The notes under the pieces are model-generated. The model saw only the letters and a program-made list of their open reading frames with translations, ran no database searches and was not told the DNA's origin. A stretch of 63,763 nucleotides of DNA, the filler included, from an uncultured Methanosarcinales archaeon (GTDB lineage: Archaea; Nanobdellota; Nanobdellia; Woesearchaeales; CAZOXR01), in NCBI GenBank assembly GCA_964566535.1. It is 4 parts of 4 records of this genome, joined end to end, with 100 filler letters (N's around TTAATTAATTAA, not from the genome) between each part and the next. Parts side by side here need not be neighbours in the genome. Positions count along the whole stretch, not along the records: positions 1 to 8,640 come from CAZMIO010000005.1; positions 8,741 to 39,532 come from CAZMIO010000013.1; 2 more parts are not named here. One strand, given 5' to 3'. The stretch's first letter is position 1, and each line of letters begins with the position of its first letter. The translations under genes were made by a program, and so were the position numbers. Shown here piece after piece: positions 1 through 10,029 of the stretch.

Positions 1-1
1 G

Positions 2-481
2 TCTTTGGAGAAGGGATATGATGTTATGATTGAAATGGATGCTGACTTTAGCCATGATCCTAAATATATTCCTGGTTTTCTTTCTGCGATAAAAGAATGT
101 GATGTTGTATTAGGTTCTAGGTTTGTTAACGGAGGCAGGGAAGTTGGTAGGCCTTTGTTGAGAAGGATGATTACTCGGTTTGCTAATGCTTACATACGGT
201 GGATTTTAGGGTTGAAGGTTAGGGATTGTAATTCGGGATATAGATGCTATAAGAGGGGGGTTTTGGAGAATGTTGGTCTTGATAAGTTTGTTTCTAAGGG
301 GCCTTCAATTGTGCAGGAAATGATCTATAGAGTTCATCTTAAGGGTTTTAAAATTGGAGAAATTCCTATAACATTTGTTGAGAGGGAGGAAGGAAGTTCT
401 AAGTTGGGGCCTCAGCAGTTGTGGAGAGGGTATATGATGGTCCTTAAGCTGAGGTTTATGAAAATCAGTGGGAAGATATGA
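2..481 (+). CDS. Polyprenol-phosphate mannosyltransferase-like GT2 (5'-partial)
   Basis: MDADFSHDP and DCNSGYRCY motifs of DPM1-like GT2; open to the contig start. Confidence 0.9.
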   Translation, partial: SLEKGYDVMIEMDADFSHDPKYIPGFLSAIKECDVVLGSRFVNGGREVGRPLLRRMITRFANAYIRWILGLKVRDCNSGYRCYKRGVLENVGLDKFVSKGPSIVQEMIYRVHLKGFKIGEIPITFVEREEGSSKLGPQQLWRGYMMVLKLRFMKISGKI

Positions 482-526
482 GGTAAATAGTAATCTTTTT
501 TAAGTACATAGGATTCGTTCTTTGAT

Positions 527-1540
527 ATGAAAGTTGCATTACTTACTCCTACATTCAGCAGATTCAGTGGTATAGATAGAGTTCTACAACTTGATGCTGA
601 AGAGTATTCTAAGAAAGGTGATGATGTTACGATATTTACATTAAGGTCTACAATGGATAGTAAGGTTGCAGAAGTTGTTGAGATTGGGATGCCTAAAAAT
701 CCCTTTCTTGAGAGGATTTATAGGCTGTTCTTCTTTTTGGATTATGGGAAAGTTAAGAAATATAGTAAGATGTTGAAAGACTATGATTTAGTTGTAAGTT
801 ATTTCTACCCTATGAACTGGCTTGCGTATAATGCTAAGAAAAAGTTTGGAGTTAAGTATAAGTACTATAATTTTGGTGTTGCTTTTCCTCAGCTGTTTAG
901 TTTCTTTGAGAGAATCTATATGAAATTATTTGTGATGTTTAATAAATTCACATTAAAGAATTGTGATGAAGCTACATCTATTAGTGATTATTTGAGGAAA
1001 GAGTTGAAGAGGGAGACTGGGATTGGAGGAGGGGTTGAGTATTGCAGGATTGATAAGAAAAGGTTCCATAAAGATGTTGATGGCAGCAAGATTAGGGAGA
1101 AGTATGGTTTTGGGGATGAGAAAGTTCTGTTATACGTTGGAAGGATATCTCCCCATAAAGGAGTTGATTTGTTGATTAAATCTTTTAATCTTGTTCTTGA
1201 TAAGATTCCAGATGCTAAGTTGTTTATTGTTGGTAAGCCAACTTTTGATAAGTATTTTAATAAATTAAAGAAGTTAGTTAAGAAGAATGTGATATTTACA
1301 GGATTTGTAAGGGATGAGGAATTACCGGAGTATTATGCTGCTTGTGATTTGTATGTTACTGCTACACTATGGGAGGGATTTGATTTGCCAGTCGTAGAAT
1401 CCCAGGAGATGGGGAAGGAAGTTGTTGCTTTTGATTTATGCTCTCATCCAGAGATTGTAAAGGGGGGTGCTTTAGTGAAGCCTAGGGATGTTGAAGGGTT
1501 TGCTGATGCTATCTTGAGATTGTTAAAGAAAAATGAGTGA
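527..1540 (+). CDS. Glycosyltransferase family 4
   Basis: YVGRISPHKG and EGFDLPVVE motifs (GT-B fold). Confidence 0.9.
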   Translation: MKVALLTPTFSRFSGIDRVLQLDAEEYSKKGDDVTIFTLRSTMDSKVAEVVEIGMPKNPFLERIYRLFFFLDYGKVKKYSKMLKDYDLVVSYFYPMNWLAYNAKKKFGVKYKYYNFGVAFPQLFSFFERIYMKLFVMFNKFTLKNCDEATSISDYLRKELKRETGIGGGVEYCRIDKKRFHKDVDGSKIREKYGFGDEKVLLYVGRISPHKGVDLLIKSFNLVLDKIPDAKLFIVGKPTFDKYFNKLKKLVKKNVIFTGFVRDEELPEYYAACDLYVTATLWEGFDLPVVESQEMGKEVVAFDLCSHPEIVKGGALVKPRDVEGFADAILRLLKKNE

Positions 1541-2594
1541 GAATAAAGTGATTAAAGTTGGACTTTTGAGTCCTTTTTTACCTAAGAAAGATGGGATTGC
1601 TATTTACACTAATAATTTGATTACCCATATGGATCTTGAAGGGATTGAGTTAGTTAAGATTGGGGATAAAGATTCTGATTCAAAATACAAGATTGACTTT
1701 ACTTCATTTAAACTTAAACAAGAGATTAAATCGATTATTGAAGAGGAAAAACTAGATTTAATCCACATCCAATATGTTCCAACACTGTTTGGGAAATTTA
1801 ATTTGAACTTAAACCTGATAAATGCACTAAAACAAAAGATTCCTGTTATTGTGACATTACATGAAGCGCATTATTCCAACGATAATTTGAGAGAATTTGT
1901 CTTATCGTTGATAGAAAAGAAAATAATAAAGAATTCTGATAAGATTATCGTGCATACCCCTCAACAGAAGGAGTTTTTTGAAAAAAAGTATTCTGGGAAT
2001 AACATCTCATGTATATATCATGGATTAAATTTTTACGATAAAAATGTAAGAAATAATCTTAATATACTTTTCTTCGGTTTTATTACTCCATTGAAAGGGA
2101 TAGAGTATTTGATTGATTCAATGAAGAATCTACAAGGTCATAGATTAAAAATTGTGGGGCACATACCTAAGGGAGCTTCTTCTGATTACAAAGAAGAACT
2201 TATGAAAAGAACCAGGGATAATGAACTTGGTAGTTGTATTGATATGGATATAAGGTGGATTCCTGAAGATGAAAAGAAAGAATATTTTAAGTGGGCTGAT
2301 ATGTTGGTTTTGCCGTATTTGTGGGGGCCGTATCAATCAGGAGTCTTACACAATGCAATGTCTTTTGGAATTCCAGTAGTAGTTACTAAGGTAGGGTCTG
2401 TTCATGAGATTGTTGAGCTTTTTAAGATCGGAGAGGTGGTTCCCCCAAAAGATTCTTTTGCTTTATCAGATGCAGTAAAAAAAGTTTTTGGTAATTATAC
2501 TCATTACTTGGAAGGAGTTGAGAGTTACCGAACAAAGGCAAACTGGAGAGAAATTGCAAAACAACATAAGTTACTGTATCAATCTAGAGTTTAA
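1533..2594 (+). CDS. Glycosyltransferase family 4
   Basis: FFGFITPLKGIEYL and QSGVLHNAMSFGIPVV motifs. Confidence 0.88.
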   Translation: MSENKVIKVGLLSPFLPKKDGIAIYTNNLITHMDLEGIELVKIGDKDSDSKYKIDFTSFKLKQEIKSIIEEEKLDLIHIQYVPTLFGKFNLNLNLINALKQKIPVIVTLHEAHYSNDNLREFVLSLIEKKIIKNSDKIIVHTPQQKEFFEKKYSGNNISCIYHGLNFYDKNVRNNLNILFFGFITPLKGIEYLIDSMKNLQGHRLKIVGHIPKGASSDYKEELMKRTRDNELGSCIDMDIRWIPEDEKKEYFKWADMLVLPYLWGPYQSGVLHNAMSFGIPVVVTKVGSVHEIVELFKIGEVVPPKDSFALSDAVKKVFGNYTHYLEGVESYRTKANWREIAKQHKLLYQSRV

Positions 2595-4071
2595 TAAATC
2601 TCTTTACTGCATTAAATAATATTTGAGGGTTTTTAATTACAGATTTAATACTATCTAAATTAAATAGCTGCCGGATATAATTTGCCCTTATCAATTTCTT
2701 ATTGAAGTTTTTCAAATCTTCTGGTGTAAACTCTTCGGTTTTGATTAGGCTGTCTCCATAAGATGCGGTTGCATTAGCTAGCGATTCTGGTGTGATCTTC
2801 TTGACGAGATAGCCATTCTTTTCACACAGATCGTATAGCCTTGTTCCAAATAAAGGTGTTGCAAAGAATGCTCCTCCGTTGCTTACATCATATTTTTTTT
2901 GCAGCATAAGTGCAAAATTAATTGTCTTCTTAATATCTTCTTTTGTTTCTCCTGGAAAGCCTATAACAAAGAATGCATTTAAAGAGATCTTAAATTCATT
3001 ACACAGTTTAGCGTATCCTTCAACTTTAGTTAAGTCTAACTGTTTTCCAATTACGTTGTCCAAAACCCTTTGTGAACCAGACTCTATGCCTATGGTTAGT
3101 CTCTTGCAGCCGGATTCCTTCATTTTTGAAACAAGAGACCTTGAATAAATATCTGCCCTCACTCCGTTAGGAGTATCCCATTTAACTCCTAAATCCTTTA
3201 TTCCGTCTAGGATGTCTTCGCATCTTTTGATATCTAATGTGAAATTGTCATCTTCAAAATGAATTTCCTTAACTCCGTATTTTTCGACTACATGTTTAAT
3301 GTGTTTGATTACATACTCGGCAGAATGAGGACGCCATGTTCTTCCGACAGAAGCGTGTACTGAACAAAATACGCAATTAAAGGGACATCCCCTGGATGTG
3401 ATTATTGAGATTGCCCGTTGTTCGTCTCTTGATCTTGAGTAGATACCTTTCTTATGTAAACTTAAGTATTCATTCATGTCTATTAGATGGTAGGCAGGTA
3501 ATGGTAGGTCATCAAGGTTTTTGATGAAGTCTTTCTTTTCGTTTATGAATATCTGACTATCTTTTTTATAAGCAATCCCACCTACATCTTCTAAAGGTAA
3601 TTCGCCTTTGAAATGATTAATTAGGTTTGTTATTGCTGACTCTCCTTCTCCGATGATAGCAAAATCAAATGAGTTGTTTTCACTTAAGAACTCTTTTGGT
3701 CTAACAGACACATGTGAACCACCAATAATAACTTTAATTTTATTGTCAACTTCCTTAATGATGTCTGCTGTTTTAATAGAATTTTCAATTTGAGTCGTAA
3801 ACAAATTAGATATGCCAATAACATCTGGTTTTTTTTCTTTTATTATATCTTTTAATTTATCCCACGGAATACCATATTCATTTTTCCCATCATTATCAAC
3901 TAATTTAGTCTCTTTATGAACAAGGGAGTCAATTATTTCAACATGGCAATGTTTTTCTAGAACTGCTGCTATGTAGAGTAATCCTAATGGTAGGCCAACG
4001 TCTGCTCCCTCTGAAATAACTGATGCTTTCTCAGTGTAGGTTCTTGTTGGATTTATAAGTAATACTTTCAT
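2584..4071 (-). CDS. Cobalamin-binding radical SAM protein
   Basis: N-terminal B12-binding domain (PLGLLYIAAVL, IGGSH); SRGCPFNCVFC (CxxxCxxC); GIESG. Confidence 0.92.
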   Translation of the reverse strand: MKVLLINPTRTYTEKASVISEGADVGLPLGLLYIAAVLEKHCHVEIIDSLVHKETKLVDNDGKNEYGIPWDKLKDIIKEKKPDVIGISNLFTTQIENSIKTADIIKEVDNKIKVIIGGSHVSVRPKEFLSENNSFDFAIIGEGESAITNLINHFKGELPLEDVGGIAYKKDSQIFINEKKDFIKNLDDLPLPAYHLIDMNEYLSLHKKGIYSRSRDEQRAISIITSRGCPFNCVFCSVHASVGRTWRPHSAEYVIKHIKHVVEKYGVKEIHFEDDNFTLDIKRCEDILDGIKDLGVKWDTPNGVRADIYSRSLVSKMKESGCKRLTIGIESGSQRVLDNVIGKQLDLTKVEGYAKLCNEFKISLNAFFVIGFPGETKEDIKKTINFALMLQKKYDVSNGGAFFATPLFGTRLYDLCEKNGYLVKKITPESLANATASYGDSLIKTEEFTPEDLKNFNKKLIRANYIRQLFNLDSIKSVIKNPQILFNAVKRFIKL

Positions 4072-4106
4072 TTACTAGTTGGAGAACTGGAAAGTTTATT
4101 TAAATA

Positions 4107-4967
4107 TTACTTTATTAAGTTATTTAAGTATTTTAAAAAGTTTAGTGGGACGTTTAGGAGGCGATATAATACGACTGATAGATTACCAAAATTTTTCTTA
4201 AAATAATGGATATAGTCCCGGTCATAAATCTGTTGTTGGTCTTTTCTCAATGAAGTTAATTTTGAACCGAGATGAATTATGCTTGTTTCTCCAATGAAAT
4301 ATACTTTTTGTTCCTTATTTATCATCCTTAATGTGAAATCTACTTCTGCACAATACAAAAAGAAGTTTTCATCAAAAAGGCCAGTCTTATCAAATATACT
4401 TTTTCTAAATATCATGCAACTTCCTGCGAATTGAGTTACTTCTTGGTTAATGTTGGTATCTAGGCAACCTATGGAAAAGAGCTTCTTTACTAGGGTGTTG
4501 TTTTGAAATAATCTGTTGAAGATGGAATAAAAAAAATCATTTAAAAAAAGGTTAAATGGGGTTACGGTTCGTCTAAACCCTTCTTGAAATACATAAGTGC
4601 CTTCTTTGTCTGTGCTTTTACATACTGTTCCAGCAGCATTTTCATGTCCATCTAAAAAGGAAACTGCTTTGTCAAATGAATTCTCGGTTAATAAAATGTC
4701 CACGTTTAAGATTGCTATGTACTTACCGTTGCTCTGCTTAATGCCTTGATTATAAGCTTTTGCAAGACCGAGATTTTTGCTATTAGCTATTATCCTTACT
4801 TTTGGAAACGTTTCTTTTAGGACTTTTAAAGAATCATCAGAAGAGGCGTTATCCACTACAATCATCTCGTAACTGATATTGGAAGTATATTTGTAAATTG
4901 AGCTAATGCAGTCTATCAGATAGTCCTTAGAATTCCAGTTGATCAGTATTATTGATAAATCTTTCAT
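4107..4967 (-). CDS. Glycosyltransferase family 2 (rhamnosyltransferase-like)
   Basis: VVDNASSD, LNVD and GLFDENFFLY motifs. Confidence 0.9.
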   Translation of the reverse strand: MKDLSIILINWNSKDYLIDCISSIYKYTSNISYEMIVVDNASSDDSLKVLKETFPKVRIIANSKNLGLAKAYNQGIKQSNGKYIAILNVDILLTENSFDKAVSFLDGHENAAGTVCKSTDKEGTYVFQEGFRRTVTPFNLFLNDFFYSIFNRLFQNNTLVKKLFSIGCLDTNINQEVTQFAGSCMIFRKSIFDKTGLFDENFFLYCAEVDFTLRMINKEQKVYFIGETSIIHLGSKLTSLRKDQQQIYDRDYIHYFKKNFGNLSVVLYRLLNVPLNFLKYLNNLIK

Positions 4968-4980
4968 AAATAGTATCGCC

Positions 4981-5697
4981 TTATTTCTTTTCTTTGTCCC
5001 TTAGGAATTTTGATGCTTTAAACAATGAATCGAATGTCCCTGCATCTGACCAGAATCCACTTAGAATGTTAGCTTTCATTTTTTTGTTTTTGATGTATGA
5101 GTTATTTACGTCTGTTATTTCATATTCTCCCCTACCAGAGGGTTTTAGTGTTTTTATTAAATTGAATATGTCCTTGTCATACATGTATAATCCAGTCACA
5201 GCATAGTTGGTTTTTGGATTTTCTGGTTTTTCTTCGATGTTAATAACCTTGTCCCCTTCCAATTCAGCAACTCCAAATCTGGCAGCATCGTTAATTTCTT
5301 TTAAGAATATTCTTGCACCTTCTTTTTCTCTGAATTCGTCCACAATTTCTCTGATACTATCTTCAAAAATGTTATCTCCCAATATTACTACTACATTCTG
5401 ATTGTCTGCAAAATCTTCTGCTAAACTTAGTGCTTGAGCAATACCTCCTGCCTCGTCTTGGATTTCATAAGTTAATTTTACTCCAAATTCCTTACCAGAA
5501 CCCAATAACCTTAAAAAGTCACCAGCATGTTCTGGTCCTGAAACTATCAATATATCTTTTATGCCTGCATCTATTAATGTTTGAAGAGGATAATGGATCA
5601 TTGGTTTTTTATATACAGGGAGAAGGTGTTTGTTAGTAATCTTAGTTAAAGGGTGTAATCTTGAGCCAGACCCTCCTGCTAATATGATGCCTTTCAT
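4981..5697 (-). CDS. rfbA: Glucose-1-phosphate thymidylyltransferase
   Basis: MKGIILAGGSGSRL, EEKP, GEYEITD; start moved to the ATG at 5697. Confidence 0.92.
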   Translation of the reverse strand: MKGIILAGGSGSRLHPLTKITNKHLLPVYKKPMIHYPLQTLIDAGIKDILIVSGPEHAGDFLRLLGSGKEFGVKLTYEIQDEAGGIAQALSLAEDFADNQNVVVILGDNIFEDSIREIVDEFREKEGARIFLKEINDAARFGVAELEGDKVINIEEKPENPKTNYAVTGLYMYDKDIFNLIKTLKPSGRGEYEITDVNNSYIKNKKMKANILSGFWSDAGTFDSLFKASKFLRDKEKK

Positions 5698-5793
5698 TTT
5701 AAGGAGGGATAATGAGTTATCATTTAAATATTTATTCAAGTATACAAATAATAATATAAAACTTTAAAAATTAGGAGATAACTACTAATAAAA

Positions 5794-7041
5794 ATGGATA
5801 ATTCGTACTTTGAAAAGAAGGAATGTAGAATCTGTGGGTCTAATAATCTGGTAAAGTATTTTAACCTTGGTAAGATTCCTTTGGTGAATTCCTTAAGAGA
5901 TCCAAAAGATGAGAGTATTGAAGAAAAATTTCCTTTAGAAGTTATGCTTTGTAATGACTGTTTTAATTCTCAACTGAGTATTGTTGTAAAACCAGAGATA
6001 ATGTTTTCTAATTACCTTTATCATTCATCTGTTTCTAAGACTTTTAAGGAACATTGCACTAAGATGACTGAGAAAGTTAAGGAGATATTTAATGGTGGTG
6101 AGGAGATTAAAATATTAGATATTGCTTCAAATGATGGCTGCTTATTAAATGAATTCAAAGAGAAAGGATTTAAGGTTTTGGGTATCGAGCCTGCTAAAAA
6201 TCTTAGCGAGACTGCAAATAGTAAGGGGATAACTACAATTAATGAATTTTGGAATTCTGAGACATCAAAGAAGGTTGTTGGAGGGCATGGTAAGATGCAG
6301 GTAATTACTGCTACTAATGTCCTTGCACACGTTGATGATATTAATATGTTTATTGGGGATGTTTATGAAACATTATCTGATGATGGGGTGTTTATTGCCG
6401 AATTCCCATATATGGCTAATCTGGTAAAATATGATGAATTTGATACTATCTATCACGAACACTTATCATATTTTTTAGTTAAGCCTTTAATGCTTCTTTT
6501 CAATAAGAATAACCTCCAGATATATGATATAGGGGAGTTTGGGATTCATGGAGGTACAATAAGGATATATGCTGGAAAAGATGGTAATAAAATTTTGAAA
6601 AAGAATCAAGGAAGGATTAATGAATTTATTGAGAATGAGACGAAAGAGGGGCTTTACACAATTGAACCTTATAGAAGGTTAGAGGAAAATGCAAACAAAA
6701 TAAAGAGTAGAGTAATAGAGAATTTCAAAGAATTAAAATCAAGTGGGTCTAAGATTGCTGGTTATGGGGCTTCTGCAAAAGGGAATGTTTTTCTGAACTT
6801 TTGCGGATTGACTAATGAAGAGATTGATTTTATCATTGATGATACTCCTCAGAAACAAGGATTTATATCTCCAGGTTCACAGATTCCAATCAAATCTAGG
6901 GAGTTTTTGAATAATGAAAATGTAGATTATTTAATGCTCTTGGCGTGGAATTTTGCGGAGGAGTTAATGAAGAAAACTGAAGAGTTTAAATTGAAGGGTG
7001 GGAAATACATCCTTGCTATTCCTGAAATGAAAATAATCTAA
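5794..7041 (+). CDS. NDP-hexose C-methyltransferase (class I SAM-dependent)
   Basis: N-terminal Zn site CRIC...CNDC; DIASNDG; YHEHLSYF; YGASAKG; LLAWNF. Confidence 0.9.
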   Translation: MDNSYFEKKECRICGSNNLVKYFNLGKIPLVNSLRDPKDESIEEKFPLEVMLCNDCFNSQLSIVVKPEIMFSNYLYHSSVSKTFKEHCTKMTEKVKEIFNGGEEIKILDIASNDGCLLNEFKEKGFKVLGIEPAKNLSETANSKGITTINEFWNSETSKKVVGGHGKMQVITATNVLAHVDDINMFIGDVYETLSDDGVFIAEFPYMANLVKYDEFDTIYHEHLSYFLVKPLMLLFNKNNLQIYDIGEFGIHGGTIRIYAGKDGNKILKKNQGRINEFIENETKEGLYTIEPYRRLEENANKIKSRVIENFKELKSSGSKIAGYGASAKGNVFLNFCGLTNEEIDFIIDDTPQKQGFISPGSQIPIKSREFLNNENVDYLMLLAWNFAEELMKKTEEFKLKGGKYILAIPEMKII

Positions 7042-7042
7042 A

Positions 7043-7900
7043 TTATGTGTTTAGAAATTCTATCCCTTGTTCGATGTTCTTCATATTGATTCCCAATAAT
7101 TTTGCTTTTCCTATATTTAATGTTGAATCTCTAGGCTGAGGAGCAATGTCTTTTTCAAATTTAGTTATAGAACAAGGTTTAATTAGGTTTAAATCCTTGT
7201 TTAACACACTAGCTATCTTTTTTGTAATCTCAAATAAACTGTCTTGTGTGTCTCCGGTGAGATGAAGTGTTCCTTTGACGTCTTTCTCAATCGTTAGATT
7301 AATTGCGTTTGCTATGTCGTCAATTAAAGTCGGACTTCTCCTTATGTCATCCACTACTTCAATAATTTCATTGTTATTTAGCTTGTTCATCATATTATTG
7401 ATGATTTTTTTTTCTCCGCCGGCCCCATATAATACAGAAGTCCTGAGAATTAGGTGGTTGTCTAGTGTTTGAACTATTTTTTCGGCTTCTGCTTTTGTTT
7501 TGCCGTAAATATTGATTGGGTTTATTTCGTCTTCTTCTATATAATTTCCTTTTTTACCGTCGAAAACTGCGTCAGTTGAGATAAAAATTAGTTTGGAATC
7601 TTTTTCTTTGCAGAATTCAACTAAATTTTTGGTTGCAGTAACATTTTGTTTATGTGCTTCTGTTATCTTAATTTCGCATAGATTTACATCCGTCATTGCA
7701 GCACAATGGATTATGATGTCTGGATTGTGTTCTGTGAAAATGTTTTTTAGTGTATCTTTATTGAGAAGGTCTACTTGGATGGCGTCTTCCTTTTTTGATC
7801 TGTCTATCCCCACTATGTTAAAAGAACCTGGAAGTTTTTTATGAATCTTGCTTCCTAGAAATCCAGCTGCACCAGTAATTAAGATAGTTTTTGTATGCAT
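7043..7900 (-). CDS. rfbD: dTDP-4-dehydrorhamnose reductase
   Basis: TGAAGFLG, ISTDAVFDG, YGKTK; probable start ATG at 7900. Confidence 0.88.
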   Translation of the reverse strand: MHTKTILITGAAGFLGSKIHKKLPGSFNIVGIDRSKKEDAIQVDLLNKDTLKNIFTEHNPDIIIHCAAMTDVNLCEIKITEAHKQNVTATKNLVEFCKEKDSKLIFISTDAVFDGKKGNYIEEDEINPINIYGKTKAEAEKIVQTLDNHLILRTSVLYGAGGEKKIINNMMNKLNNNEIIEVVDDIRRSPTLIDDIANAINLTIEKDVKGTLHLTGDTQDSLFEITKKIASVLNKDLNLIKPCSITKFEKDIAPQPRDSTLNIGKAKLLGINMKNIEQGIEFLNT

Positions 7901-7902
7901 TG

Positions 7903-8376
7903 TTAATCGTGTTTGGCCCAATCAAAGGCTATGTTTGGATCATCATGAGGGATTCTTAATTCATCTGGCTCTGATGGGTTGTAGCATTTGTCCATCATAT
8001 AGAGCATAGTTAAGGGTTTGTCTCCAACGGCCTTATATCCATGTGCAATGCCCTTCGGGATTACTAAGATGACTCGTTCGTCTTCTTTATTTTCCAGTAT
8101 TAACTCAAACTTTTCCCCTTTTGTTTTAGAATTTTCTCTGTTGTCATACAAACCAACATATGCTTTTCCTTCAACAACGTACCAGATATCAGTTTGGTTC
8201 TTATGAAAGTGGAATGCTTTTATGACTCCTGGATTAGTAGTAGATATGCTTATCTGTTCTATACCGTTCATTAGTTTTTGATCCTGTCTTAATAATTCTA
8301 TAAAATTACCCCTCTCATCTTTGTTTATCTTTAATTTTATTACTTTTGCTCCTTCAATAGGGATTTTTGTTTCCAT
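7903..8376 (-). CDS. rfbC: dTDP-4-dehydrorhamnose 3,5-epimerase family cupin
   Basis: DERGNF, KAFHFH, IPKGIAHGY. Confidence 0.88.
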   Translation of the reverse strand: METKIPIEGAKVIKLKINKDERGNFIELLRQDQKLMNGIEQISISTTNPGVIKAFHFHKNQTDIWYVVEGKAYVGLYDNRENSKTKGEKFELILENKEDERVILVIPKGIAHGYKAVGDKPLTMLYMMDKCYNPSEPDELRIPHDDPNIAFDWAKHD

Positions 8377-8379
8377 TTT

Positions 8380-8640
8380 TTAGTTAGATTTTATCTTTTT
8401 CCACCATGATTCGTTATTCTTGTACCAGTTTATTGTTTCCTTGATAGATTGTTCAAAATTAAAACGTGGTTTCCATCCTAAGGTATTGATCTTTGAGCAA
8501 TCAAGGGAATATCTAAAATCATGGCCTAATCTGTCTTTAACAAAATCTATATTTGTTTCGTCTTTGTTTAGCTCCTTTAATATCGTCTTTGTTATTTCTA
8601 AATTAGTTATTTCGCTTCCGCTTCCAATATTGTAAATTTC
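8380..8640 (-). CDS. rfbB: dTDP-glucose 4,6-dehydratase, C-terminal fragment (5'-partial)
   Basis: Manual translation EIYNIGSG...FVKDRLGHDFRYSLD...WYKNNESWW; not in the ORF track. Confidence 0.88.
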   Translation of the reverse strand, partial: EIYNIGSGSEITNLEITKTILKELNKDETNIDFVKDRLGHDFRYSLDCSKINTLGWKPRFNFEQSIKETINWYKNNESWWKKIKSN

Positions 8641-8740
8641 NNNNNNNNNNNNNNNNNNNNNNNNNNNNNNNNNNNNNNNNNNNNTTAATTAATTAANNNN
8701 NNNNNNNNNNNNNNNNNNNNNNNNNNNNNNNNNNNNNNNN
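8641..8740. other. Artificial contig spacer
   Basis: N-run with central TTAATTAATTAA (stops in all six frames). Confidence 0.99.
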
Positions 8741-8742
8741 TT

Positions 8743-8967
8743 ATGCTTTTTATTGCTATAAATGATAGTTATGTTGATAAGGCGTTGAAGGCTATTGTTA
8801 AAGGGGCTCGAACAAATGGTGGAGGTGTGGGGGATGGAAAGATCTTTGTTTTACCACTTGATGACTGTGTGAGGATAAGGACAGGTGAGACTGGAGTTCA
8901 CGCTATTGGTGGGGAGGCTCCTGAGTTGAAGAAGTCAGATGGTAAAAGTAAGGTTATTGTAATATAG
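8743..8967 (+). CDS. P-II nitrogen regulatory protein, C-terminal fragment
   Basis: GDGKIFVLPLDDCVRIRTGE is the P-II C-terminal signature; truncated by the contig start. Confidence 0.9.
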   Translation: MLFIAINDSYVDKALKAIVKGARTNGGGVGDGKIFVLPLDDCVRIRTGETGVHAIGGEAPELKKSDGKSKVIVI

Positions 8968-9147
8968 ATAACTATTTAATTTTGTTAAATTTTTAATGGA
9001 ATTTAGGTTAATAATTTAACAAATATGTAGTATTTTCAGATAATAGTTAACATTGTTAAGTAAATAGCTGAAAAACTTTATATATTGACTATCTTTACTA
9101 GTTTTTAGGTTGGGATAGAGTTACGAAAAAATTCTGGTTGTGATAAA

Positions 9148-9987
9148 ATGATAGCAGGTACGTTAATGAGGGCTTATGAAAGGGCGAAGGAAAGCATAGG
9201 CAGAGCCGTGGGCGCTGCTGAGTCTGATCGATTATATCCTTTGAGGGATGAGAGGTCTAGGTCTATTTGTGTGCCTACTTATGATGTTTCTTTTTTTCAA
9301 GCAAGGGGGGGAGAGGGGTTAAGGGCGTTTTATGCAGAGACTCTTAAGGGAAAGGCTGGCGTTAAGTTACCTAGCTTTGGAGATTATGTGCAGTTAATGT
9401 CCGGTTATGATGGTGGGGTTAATGGGAACGGGAGGACCATGCGTCAGGTATTTGGTAATAGGTTGATGGCTGATAATTTAGTAGTTAATCCTGAGAATGG
9501 ATCTAGTGGATATACCACTGTATTTTATGGAAGGGCGGGACTGAGTGGAAGTATTGGATGGGATATGTCCGATGATGTTGGGGAGATATTGGATGCGGGA
9601 GTTGAAGAGGGGACTTATCTTGAAACAGGTCATGGAGCGGTGTGGAAAGCAGAAGGGCACGATGCCTGGGTTGTTGAGAGTTGTAAGGCTATCCCACCAG
9701 AGTGTGATGATTCTGAGCATCTTGGTTTGATTGCAATGGCTGGTGGTGTTGAGGGGGCTGAACAAGTGGTTAGGACAGCAAGAGACCATCTTGGACAAGA
9801 AGAGATATATTTTCCAGTTGCAGGGCATGTTAGGGGGAGTAATGGTAATATTGATGGGAAGGTGGGGTTTGTGTCAGTTGGTATTAGTAGTGGGAGTTTT
9901 GGGGTTTGGGCTGATAGTAACTCTAGTTCTCAGAGACGGATGGCTGGATTGTTTACGCCTTATAGGATTAGGAAAAATCATTTATAA
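9148..9987 (+). CDS. Hypothetical protein
   Basis: 279-aa ORF with host-like codon usage; no recognised motif. Confidence 0.65.
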   Translation: MIAGTLMRAYERAKESIGRAVGAAESDRLYPLRDERSRSICVPTYDVSFFQARGGEGLRAFYAETLKGKAGVKLPSFGDYVQLMSGYDGGVNGNGRTMRQVFGNRLMADNLVVNPENGSSGYTTVFYGRAGLSGSIGWDMSDDVGEILDAGVEEGTYLETGHGAVWKAEGHDAWVVESCKAIPPECDDSEHLGLIAMAGGVEGAEQVVRTARDHLGQEEIYFPVAGHVRGSNGNIDGKVGFVSVGISSGSFGVWADSNSSSQRRMAGLFTPYRIRKNHL

Positions 9988-10029
9988 TAATTATTAGTTG
10001 AACTAAATCAAAGGTGAGGTGGAGATTAG

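Noticed and set aside
8641..8740. TTAATTAATTAA palindrome in N-runs (also 39533-39632 and 62046-62145)
   Set aside because: Artificial linker; adjacency across these spacers has no biological meaning
9000..9025. GlnR/TnrA box
   Set aside because: Spacing does not match TGTNA-N7-TNACA
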